Virus record (IMG/VR): IMGVR_UViG_3300029891_000007
Span: 1 to 36,953 of that record
Length of the DNA: 36,953 nucleotides
Strand: one strand, 5' to 3'
From: a virus
Taxonomy: Duplodnaviria; Caudoviricetes
Below are positions 15,765 to 23,390 of this stretch, in pieces. Below the pieces are notes generated by a model. That model worked only from the letters and a program-made list of their open reading frames with translations. It did no database searches and had not been told where the DNA came from. Positions within the stretch are counted from its first letter, which is position 1, and each line of letters begins with the position of its first letter. The position numbers were made by a program, and so were the translations under genes.

Positions 15765-15970
15765 GGGCAGGGGCGGGGTGTGGTAGCCGACCGCCGCTGT
15801 GCCCGGCAGGAAACTGCCAGTCCCCCGGTTGAGCACACCGCGCTCCCGGGGGACACTTCTACCGAGCCCAGCGGACACTGGGTATACTCTCACGTGGACC
15901 CGGCTGTCCGGCTGGCGAGGAGAGTGGTAGGTGCCCCGGCGACTTCCTCCTCCCTGTCGCCGGGGCATTT
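15765..15970 (+). ncRNA. Candidate ~205-nt structured RNA with two loop-loop pseudoknots and a terminal CCUCCUCCC hairpin
   Basis: Seven contiguous helices, a GAAA tetraloop, complementary loops, its own promoter and a terminator-like 12-bp hairpin. Confidence 0.65.
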
Positions 15971-15986
15971 CGCAACAAAAACACTG

Positions 15987-16015
15987 TTGCCATTCCTGCA
16001 AGCTCCAGCTATGTT
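15987..16015 (+). promoter_or_regulatory. Sigma70-like promoter of the major capsid gene
   Basis: TTGCCA(15987)-17 nt-TATGTT(16010). Confidence 0.65.
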
Positions 16016-16027
16016 GACACTGTTTTC

Positions 16028-16070
16028 TGATGGCATGGGTCATCACCCGAACCGGCGAACGTGGGTTCGC
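16028..16070 (+). promoter_or_regulatory. Twin C-RUGG-G hairpins in the capsid 5' UTR
   Basis: TGATGGC-ATGG-GTCATCA and GCGAAC-GTGG-GTTCGC. Confidence 0.55.
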
Positions 16071-16096
16071 GATCCCCAACTCGAAAGGAACACACA

Positions 16097-17161
16097 ATGG
16101 CCGCAGGTCCGGCAGTTCGGGTGAGCGACGTCATCGTCCCCGAAATCTTCACTCCCTACACGCAGACCCTCACCGAGCAGAAGTCGCGTCTGGTCCAGTC
16201 CGGCCTCCTGGCTCGCTCGGCCACTCTCGACGAGAAACTCGGTGGCGGCGGCATCACCTTCAACGTGCCGTCGTTCAACGACCTGGACAACGATGCCGAT
16301 CGCATCTCGACCGACACTTCGGTGCCGTTCGCCGATGCCGACGCTTCGCTCCCGGCCGGTGTGGCGCGTCCGCCCAATCCGCTGAAGATCGGCAGCAAGA
16401 AGGAAATCGCTGTTCGTCTGAACCGGAACAACTCCTGGTCGAGCACCGACCTCGCTGCGATCCTCGCCGGCGTCGATCCCATGAACGCCATCGCGGACCG
16501 CGTCGCGGCCTACTGGACCCGGCGTCTGCAAGCCGCCTTCATCGCCACCTGGAACGGTGTCATCGCGGACAACGCCGCGAACGACTCGGGCGATTACATC
16601 AACAACATCTCGGGCGGCGGCTTCGTCGACGGTGTGACCAACTTCTCGGCGGAAGCCTTCCTCGATGCGGCCCAGACGATGGGCGACTCGCAGGAAGACC
16701 TCGTCGCGGTGGCGGTCCACTCGGTGGTCTACAACCGGATGCTGAAGAACAACCTGATCGACTTCATTCAGGACAGCATCAACGGTCAGGCCATCTCGAT
16801 CCCGACGTTCCTGGGCCGTGAGGTCATCGTCGACGACGGTCTGCCGCGCACCGGCTCCGTCTACGATACGTGGCTGTTCGGTTCGGGTGCGACCCAGTTC
16901 GGCGTGGGCACTCCCCCGGTCCCGACCGAGATGGATCGCAAGGCTGGTGGCGGCAACGGCGGCGGTCAGGACGTGCTCTACTCGCGCGTCATGTGGTGCA
17001 TCCACCCGACCGGTCACGCCTGGATCGGCACCGCCGACGATGGTGGCCCGGCGAACACCGGCACGGCCAACGACGACCTCGACGAGGCCGCGTCGTGGAA
17101 CCGGGTCTACACCGAGCGGAAGCAGATCAAGTTCGCTCGCCTCGTCACCCGCGAAGCGTAA
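16097..17161 (+). CDS. Major capsid protein
   Basis: SD AAAGGA; SDVIVPEIFTPY, DPMNAIADRVAAYW, VHSVVY, IPTFLGREVIVDDGLP and W.RVY..KQI motifs; strongest codon bias. Confidence 0.93.
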   Translation: MAAGPAVRVSDVIVPEIFTPYTQTLTEQKSRLVQSGLLARSATLDEKLGGGGITFNVPSFNDLDNDADRISTDTSVPFADADASLPAGVARPPNPLKIGSKKEIAVRLNRNNSWSSTDLAAILAGVDPMNAIADRVAAYWTRRLQAAFIATWNGVIADNAANDSGDYINNISGGGFVDGVTNFSAEAFLDAAQTMGDSQEDLVAVAVHSVVYNRMLKNNLIDFIQDSINGQAISIPTFLGREVIVDDGLPRTGSVYDTWLFGSGATQFGVGTPPVPTEMDRKAGGGNGGGQDVLYSRVMWCIHPTGHAWIGTADDGGPANTGTANDDLDEAASWNRVYTERKQIKFARLVTREA

Positions 17162-17163
17162 TC

Positions 17164-17183
17164 GGGAGGGCTTCGGCCCTCCC
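17164..17183 (+). terminator. cUUCGg hairpin after the capsid gene (stabiliser or partial terminator)
   Basis: GGGAGGGC-TTCG-GCCCTCCC; no U-tail. Confidence 0.55.
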
Positions 17184-17206
17184 TCCAACTTCTGGAGGAC
17201 GAAGAC

Positions 17207-17722
17207 ATGAGCAAAGGACTGCCCCGCTCTCTGGCACGAGGCAACCAGTCGCAGGAAGCTGTGACCAAGTTGCGTCTGCCGATCAAGCATCAGATCACCG
17301 TCACTGCGACCGGCGCTGCCATCGGCTTCGGTTCGGTCGTCATCGGTGGTTTGCCGGAAGCCTATCTGAAGATCCTCGCGGCTGCTGTCGTGGTGAACTT
17401 CACTGGTCCCGGCAGCGCCAATCTCACGGACACGTGGGATGGTGACTTCGGCCTCGGCTCCACCCCCGCCAGCGATGCGACCATCACGGGTGGTGACGTG
17501 GACCTGATCGCCAGCACTGCTCTCGGCGCCGCGACGGCCGAGGTCTCGCCCACGAAGACCGTCATCAACAACACCGGGCTCAACCTGGACAATACCGATG
17601 GCGCTCTCGAAGTGAACCTCAACCTCCTCGTGGACGCGGCCAACATCGTCGACGATACGGCGGTTGTGATCACGGCCAACGGGTATGCGGAAATCACTCT
17701 GCTGACCCTTCTGGACGACTAA
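17207..17722 (+). CDS. Virion protein, probable capsid decoration protein
   Basis: SD GGAGG; beta-rich and T/A/G-rich; directly after the capsid gene. Confidence 0.6.
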   Translation: MSKGLPRSLARGNQSQEAVTKLRLPIKHQITVTATGAAIGFGSVVIGGLPEAYLKILAAAVVVNFTGPGSANLTDTWDGDFGLGSTPASDATITGGDVDLIASTALGAATAEVSPTKTVINNTGLNLDNTDGALEVNLNLLVDAANIVDDTAVVITANGYAEITLLTLLDD

Positions 17723-17771
17723 TGAGGCGAGCCCTCTTGGGCTCCCTCACCAAACCCCGATGAGGTAGAAA

Positions 17772-18437
17772 ATGGATATCAAGGAAGCACTCTCGCAACT
17801 CGACACTCTGGACGACAACCTGTGGACCCAGGATGGTTCGCCCAAGATCGAGGCGGTCAGTGACCTCGTCGGGAACAAGGTCACGCGGGCCGAAATCCTC
17901 GAAGCCGCGCCGAAGTTCTCCCGGGAGAACCCGGACACGTCCGCTTCGGACGATGAAACCAAGCCGAACGACGAGACCAAGCAGGACGAGGCCGAGGTTG
18001 CCTCCGACGAAGACTTCTCGCTGCTGGATGATCTGGAAGCCAGCAAGCCGATGTCGCCGACCGATCTCGCCGAGAAGGTGCTGAAGAAACTGCCGCCCAA
18101 GCAGCTTCCGATGGCCGAGGAAGTGCTGAAGAAACAACTCGCCATGCTGGAGGCCCACGAGAAGGAGGTCGCCGAGGCGAAGCGCAATCTGAAGCTCGGT
18201 CTCGCCACGACCCGCACCTGGATCAAGTCGCTGATCCCCGACATGTCGAACCAGGAAGCGATCCAGGACTACATCAAGAAGTCGCACGAGGCGCGGGCGC
18301 GGAAAGCCAACGCCATCCAGACGGCTCTCGGTGGTCTGCGTCCGTCGGACATCGCCAAGCTCGATCCGCGCGCTCCGATCGACAAGGCGTTCGCTCGCAA
18401 GGACTCGCGTGGCACCGCTCGTCCGACGGGACGGTGA
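17772..18437 (+). CDS. Hypothetical protein (small N-terminal helical domain, acidic linker, coiled coil)
   Basis: SD GAGGT; LD..DD..WT.DG.PK...V......VTRAEI motif. Confidence 0.7.
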   Translation: MDIKEALSQLDTLDDNLWTQDGSPKIEAVSDLVGNKVTRAEILEAAPKFSRENPDTSASDDETKPNDETKQDEAEVASDEDFSLLDDLEASKPMSPTDLAEKVLKKLPPKQLPMAEEVLKKQLAMLEAHEKEVAEAKRNLKLGLATTRTWIKSLIPDMSNQEAIQDYIKKSHEARARKANAIQTALGGLRPSDIAKLDPRAPIDKAFARKDSRGTARPTGR

Positions 18438-18440
18438 TCC

Positions 18441-18821
18441 ATGGCACTCGGTCGTCAACCCACGGAACGGCGTAGGGAGGCGGCTCGCAAGAGCCGCTTT
18501 TCGAGCTTGATTGCTTCGCCGTTCGATATGGGAACGGTCGGTGCAACCAATCCTTCGCCGAACGCTCTCGCTCTCCCCGCCGCAGGGGTGATCGGTATCT
18601 CATTCAGCACTGGCATCACTGCTGGACAGATCACCATCGAGACAGGCGCTGGTCGCTCCTTGGGTGTCCCTGACCTCGCTGCTGATGCCATTCACCGCTT
18701 GGGGTTCTTCGAACCTGGAGTGACGCTCACTGTCACTGGTGCAATCGCCGGCACTGCGACGCTGCACTATCTCGATGACTGGCGTCGCTCTGCAGCAATC
18801 GCAACCGGAGTGTTCACATGA
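18441..18821 (+). CDS. Hypothetical virion protein
   Basis: In operon; ATGA overlap with the adaptor gene. Confidence 0.6.
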   Translation: MALGRQPTERRREAARKSRFSSLIASPFDMGTVGATNPSPNALALPAAGVIGISFSTGITAGQITIETGAGRSLGVPDLAADAIHRLGFFEPGVTLTVTGAIAGTATLHYLDDWRRSAAIATGVFT

Positions 18822-19699
18822 CTTTGATCGTTGAAAATGGCTCCGGCATCTACGAGGCGAATGCTTACGCTGGTCGCGGTTTCATCCGCGACTATTTGAC
18901 GAGACGCAATCGCGCAACGTCCTGGGACGCAGCCAGTGAAGCCCAGAGGGACGCAGCCTGCATCGCGGCCACCGATTATATCGATCGTCGCTTCGGTCAC
19001 CGTTTCAAGGGGCAGAAGCTCTATTCGACTCTCTCGGTCTATGCCAGCAACGTCCTGCAAATTCGCACGACCCCTGCGGACGGTGATACTGTCACAATCG
19101 GGACTGTCACCTACACTTTCCGCGCTGCCGCAGCCACGGCCAATGAAGTGACCATTGGTAGCGACTCCTCAGAGGCCGCTGGAGCCCTTGTGGCGGCTGT
19201 GCTGGGCACGGGTGGGGGTGTGGGCACGGTGGCCCATCCAAGCGCCTCTGCGGCCCTTCTGGACGCTCCGGGGGACGTCATTGTGCGGGCGCTGGTGGCC
19301 GGTGCGCTGGCTGACCCCATTGCCACCACTTCGAGCACTGCCAATCTGGCCTGGGACTATGCTGAGCTGACTGGTGGAGACGATGATGCCGAGCAAGTTC
19401 TGCAATGGCCTCGCGACTATGCTTATTCTCGTGATGGCAATCTCGTGGAAGGCATTCCGCTTCAACTCAAGCAAGCCGTTGCCGAATATGCGGAAAGGGC
19501 ACTCACCGGGGCGTTGATGCCTGATCCCACGGTCGATGAGAGTGGTGCCTCTCGCACCTATGCTCGTGAAAAGGTCGGCCCGCTCGAAACCGAATATCGG
19601 TATGCTGGCGGTTCGTCCATGCAGATCTTCCAGAAGTATCCTGCCGCTGATCGTCTGCTGATCGATCTGCTGGTGGACGTTGGAGGGGTCTATCGGTAA
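18818..19699 (+). CDS. Head-tail adaptor (DnaT-like family) with an inserted domain
   Basis: LIVENGSG...ANAY, ATDYID...FKG, Q.L.WPR, IP..LK.A..E.A and EKVGPLETEY motifs. Confidence 0.8.
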   Translation: MTLIVENGSGIYEANAYAGRGFIRDYLTRRNRATSWDAASEAQRDAACIAATDYIDRRFGHRFKGQKLYSTLSVYASNVLQIRTTPADGDTVTIGTVTYTFRAAAATANEVTIGSDSSEAAGALVAAVLGTGGGVGTVAHPSASAALLDAPGDVIVRALVAGALADPIATTSSTANLAWDYAELTGGDDDAEQVLQWPRDYAYSRDGNLVEGIPLQLKQAVAEYAERALTGALMPDPTVDESGASRTYAREKVGPLETEYRYAGGSSMQIFQKYPAADRLLIDLLVDVGGVYR

Positions 19700-20094
19700 T
19701 GGCTGTCAACTATGCCAAGCTCGCGCTGACTGCCAAGCGTCTTATCAGTGAGAATGGTCGGACGGTTCAACTCGTCCGCCCTTCCGAGACGCCTGCTGAC
19801 GTCAATGCCCCTTGGAATGGAAGCCTCAGCACCGAGACGACGTATGACGTTCCGGCGGTCCAGCTTCTGCCGAACGCTGTGCGTGTCTTTGGGCTTTCTG
19901 CCCTCGGTGAAGCTGGAATGTTGCAAGGGCTCGTTTCGGTTGCTGAACTTGTCTACGTCGTGTTCCAAGAGGAACTCGATCTCAAGCAGTTTACGTTCGT
20001 TCGTGACGGTGGCGTCGATTTCACTATCGAGGCTGTTCAAATGCTGAAACCTGCGAACACCACAATTCTTGGCTTCATTGGGGTGAGACGATGA
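19699..20094 (+). CDS. Head closure (stopper) protein
   Basis: Y..L...A.RLI...GR.V N-terminus; ..KPA.T.I... C-terminus; position. Confidence 0.7.
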   Translation: MAVNYAKLALTAKRLISENGRTVQLVRPSETPADVNAPWNGSLSTETTYDVPAVQLLPNAVRVFGLSALGEAGMLQGLVSVAELVYVVFQEELDLKQFTFVRDGGVDFTIEAVQMLKPANTTILGFIGVRR

Positions 20095-20510
20095 GCAACC
20101 TCACTTTCACCCAAGCAGCCGACGATATTCTCAAGCTCCTGAAAGCCGCGTGGGACCCGACCGGGTATACCATGTTCTACGAGGACACACGGGATCAACG
20201 AGATGAGGATCAGTCGCCGTGGGCGGTGGTCGTTGTTCGCCATGCGGCGGGTCAGCAAGATAGTCTTGGCGGTGTCGGTGGCAGGAGTTTCCTGCGCCTC
20301 GGCGTTGTCATTGTCACCATCCACACTCCATCCGGTTCTGGCTTGTCAACTGCCTATGCCTTGGCTAAGGTAGTGGCCGACGCCTATGAGGGCGTTTCTT
20401 CACCCAACGGAGTTTGGTTCCGCAACGTTCGTATCAATGAGCTTGGCCGGGATGGCACTTTCTTCCAGACCAACGTCCTCATTGATTTCGAATACACTGA
20501 AATCAAGTAA
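20091..20510 (+). CDS. Tail terminator protein
   Basis: PW..V.V.H, G.V.V.I.TP.G.G and FFQ.NV...FEY motifs; precedes the tail tube gene. Confidence 0.75.
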   Translation: MSNLTFTQAADDILKLLKAAWDPTGYTMFYEDTRDQRDEDQSPWAVVVVRHAAGQQDSLGGVGGRSFLRLGVVIVTIHTPSGSGLSTAYALAKVVADAYEGVSSPNGVWFRNVRINELGRDGTFFQTNVLIDFEYTEIK

Positions 20511-20521
20511 GGAGGCCATTG

Positions 20522-22084
20522 ATGGCTACGGTCCCGAAGATCGACTCCAATATCACCGGCCTCGCCTATGCCGAAGAAGCGGCACTCGGCTATCTCCCCG
20601 GTGAAGGCGGCTATGGTGGAACCCCGAAGTGGTATCGCCTCAATCCCAACAGCTACAGCGATTTCGGCGGCGAAGTCGTGACCGTGGCTCCGAACCCGAT
20701 CAACCCCTCCCGCCAGCGGCGCAAGGGTGTGACGACTGACCTGAACGCGAACGGTGGTTTCAACCACAACATCACGTTCGAGAACCTGACCGATCTGATG
20801 CAGGGTGTCATGTTCGCCGATATCCGGGCCAAGGGCCAGGAAGCGGTGACTGCCGTTGATGCTTCCGGTGCTCCCGATGTCTATGAAGTCGCGGCGACTG
20901 CCGGGTTCGTGGTCGGCAACCTGATCAAAGGTCGCGGTTTCAGCAACTCGGCGAACAATGGCGTCAACGTCGTGACTGCTGTCACGCTGAACACGTCGGT
21001 CGGTGTCGCTGATGCCTCGCTCACCACGGAGGCCTCGCCGCCCAGTGATGCGGACATCGTGGTCGTCGGCTATCAGTTCGGCGATGCGGATGCTGAAATC
21101 GACGCCACGGGGAACCTGCCCAAGCTGGTCTCCAACGGCGGCGGTCTCGCCGACTTCACCACGCTCGGTCTCGTGGTCGGTCAGTGGGTCTACATCGGTG
21201 GTGATGTCTCGGCCAACAACTTCGCCGGCGCGACGAACAACGGTTTCAAACGCATCCGCTCGATCGCTGCTGATGGCATCACGTTCGACAAGTCGGACGG
21301 CGTGATGACCAACGAAGTCGCTGCGGCTGGCAAGACGGTGCGCCTGTTCTACGGCGATGTGCTTCGCAACGAAACGGGCTCGCTGATCAAGCGCCGGACC
21401 TACAACGTCGAACGGACCCTCGGTGCTCCCGACGACTCGCTTCCGGCGCAAATCCAGTCCGAAGTGCTGATCGGTGCCGTGCCGAAAGAGTTCACGCTCA
21501 ACATTCCGCAGGCAAACCTTGCGAACGTTGATCTGACCTTCGTCGCCACGGACAACGCTCAGCGCGATGGCGCGACCGGCCCGAAACAGGCGAGCGTCGC
21601 CGAATTTCGCGCGGCTTCGGAATACAACACTTCCAGCGACATCGGTCGTATCCGGCTGGCGGTCGTGTCCGATGTCAACGAAGCTCCGTCTGCGCTGTTC
21701 GCCTACGTTACCGAAGCGACGATCACCATCAACAACAACGTCACGCCCAACAAGGCGGTCGGTGTTCTCGGTGCATTCGACGTGACGGCCGGGACGTTCA
21801 CCGTCTCGGGGAGCCTGACGGCCTACTTCGCCAGCGTCGCCGCGACCCAGCAGGTTCGCAACAACGGCAGCGTGACCCTGGACGTCTCGTTCGTCAAGGA
21901 CAACACGGCGATGGTCTTTGACATGCCGCTCATCTCCTTGGGCGATGGGCGTCTCAAGGTTGAAGTCGATCAGCCGATCACCCTGCCGCTCAACACCGAT
22001 GCGTCTTCGGGTCAGGACGTGGACGAGAACCTCGATCACACACTCCTGGTCACCTACTTCCATTATGTCCCGAACGCGGCGTAA
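20522..22084 (+). CDS. Major tail tube protein
   Basis: KIDSNITGLAYAEE, W..LNPNSYSDFGG, PINPSRQR.KG..TDL and F.VSGSLTAYF motifs; strong codon bias. Confidence 0.88.
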   Translation: MATVPKIDSNITGLAYAEEAALGYLPGEGGYGGTPKWYRLNPNSYSDFGGEVVTVAPNPINPSRQRRKGVTTDLNANGGFNHNITFENLTDLMQGVMFADIRAKGQEAVTAVDASGAPDVYEVAATAGFVVGNLIKGRGFSNSANNGVNVVTAVTLNTSVGVADASLTTEASPPSDADIVVVGYQFGDADAEIDATGNLPKLVSNGGGLADFTTLGLVVGQWVYIGGDVSANNFAGATNNGFKRIRSIAADGITFDKSDGVMTNEVAAAGKTVRLFYGDVLRNETGSLIKRRTYNVERTLGAPDDSLPAQIQSEVLIGAVPKEFTLNIPQANLANVDLTFVATDNAQRDGATGPKQASVAEFRAASEYNTSSDIGRIRLAVVSDVNEAPSALFAYVTEATITINNNVTPNKAVGVLGAFDVTAGTFTVSGSLTAYFASVAATQQVRNNGSVTLDVSFVKDNTAMVFDMPLISLGDGRLKVEVDQPITLPLNTDASSGQDVDENLDHTLLVTYFHYVPNAA

Positions 22085-22162
22085 TGGTCCAAGGCACGGG
22101 CTGAAATAACGCCCCGACCGGGGAAGAGCCGGTCACCACCCACCTAGAATAGGAGATGCAAG

Positions 22163-22591
22163 ATGGGTATGTATGATATCTTCGAAACCGACGAAGATCT
22201 CGAAACGACTGGCATCTGGCTCGACTACGGCGACTTCCGCCTGAAAGTCGCGTCGGCTGGTCAGGGGAACAAGAAATACGTTCGCTACGCCGAGAAAGCT
22301 CTGAAGCCGATCCGTCGCGCCATGCAAGCCGGTGCGGTTTCCAACGAGCGCTCGCTGGCGATCATGTCGGACATCTTCGCCAAGACCATCGTGCTGGACT
22401 GGCAGGTGAAAGTCGACGATGCCTGGAAGTCCGGGATCGAAGGTCGGGACGGCGACATTCTCCCGTTCAACTACGACAACGTCATCGCGACGTTCTCCGC
22501 TCTTCCCAACCTGTTCATGGACATTCAGGAGCAGGCTCAGTCCATCGCCAACTTCCGGAAGGCCGAACTCGAGGACGACTCGGGAAACTAA
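22163..22591 (+). CDS. Tail assembly chaperone (lambda gpG analogue)
   Basis: MYDIFETD..LE..G.W; ends in slippery G GGA AAC TAA. Confidence 0.85.
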   Translation: MGMYDIFETDEDLETTGIWLDYGDFRLKVASAGQGNKKYVRYAEKALKPIRRAMQAGAVSNERSLAIMSDIFAKTIVLDWQVKVDDAWKSGIEGRDGDILPFNYDNVIATFSALPNLFMDIQEQAQSIANFRKAELEDDSGN

Positions 22592-22914
22592 CCGAAGTGC
22601 TGGAGTATCAACTCCAGCAGGGACACGTAGAGCAGCAGATCATTGAGCAGGCCGTGAAAGCTGGCCTGCCCATACCTGCTCGCATTGAAAATGCCCCTAG
22701 CATTATGCCCGGCCTGGAGCTATACTATCTAGGGTTTCTGGAGCTTACCTCGTCGCGTCAAATCGGCATGGGTGTAGGTCCAATCCCTTGGCTCGCGATC
22801 GAGCAATACTGCGTAATGAAAGGTCTGGACGAAGAACAATCTGAGGCAATGCACCATCATATCGTCCAGATGGACACGGTGTATCTCAGATATCAAGCCG
22901 CGAAGAGTAAGTGA
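22582..22914 (+). CDS. -1 frameshift extension of the tail chaperone (gpGT analogue)
   Basis: GGGAAAC at 22582-22588; the -1 frame reads KLTEVLEYQL... into ORF 22597..22914 (F.EL.SSR..GMG.GPIPW.AI..Y). Confidence 0.8.
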   Translation, partial: GKLTEVLEYQLQQGHVEQQIIEQAVKAGLPIPARIENAPSIMPGLELYYLGFLELTSSRQIGMGVGPIPWLAIEQYCVMKGLDEEQSEAMHHHIVQMDTVYLRYQAAKSK

Positions 22915-23390
22915 TGCCCACCCTCCAATTCTCCAAGAATATGTTCCGCAGGGGCCGTCAGGTGGAGAACTCCGCCTCGAAGCTCGTGCGGAGTATGGCG
23001 AAGAAGACGTTGGCATCACTCGTGGTGAACACCAAAGTCGATACCGGTGAAGCTCGTTCCAACTGGCGTGTCGGTGTCGGCAATCCCACTCGTGCTGTTA
23101 TCAAGCCATATGCTCCCTATCCCAAGCACTCCAAAGGTGCTGGACAAGGGGCCTCAGAAACCGCCAATGCTCAGGCAACGATTGCCGCAGGCAACGCTCG
23201 CATCGACAGTGTGCGAGGGAAGTCCGGTGTCGGTCTGACCACCAGCATCTATATTTCGAACAATGTTCCTCACATCGACAAAGCACTGATCGCAGGCGGC
23301 GTTGAGGTTTCCATTCGTGAAGCCCAAGCAGTTGTCCGTGGTTTCAGGGTCTTCGATCCCAGGAACGATGATGAGGGTGGTGACATCTGA
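22914..23390 (+). CDS. HK97 gp10-like neck/tail completion protein
   Basis: T.VDTG.ARSNW.V and IYISNNVP.I motifs. Confidence 0.75.
   Translation: MPTLQFSKNMFRRGRQVENSASKLVRSMAKKTLASLVVNTKVDTGEARSNWRVGVGNPTRAVIKPYAPYPKHSKGAGQGASETANAQATIAAGNARIDSVRGKSGVGLTTSIYISNNVPHIDKALIAGGVEVSIREAQAVVRGFRVFDPRNDDEGGDI

Noticed and set aside
15765-15970. tRNA, tmRNA or self-cleaving ribozyme identity for the ncRNA
   Set aside because: No T-loop/CCA end and no hammerhead CUGANGA core; I could not match twister, pistol or HDV cores by eye.
15780-16124. 114-aa ORF across the scaffold-capsid gap
   Set aside because: No SD, atypical codons, and it runs through a terminator-like hairpin and the capsid promoter; RNA structure explains the region better.
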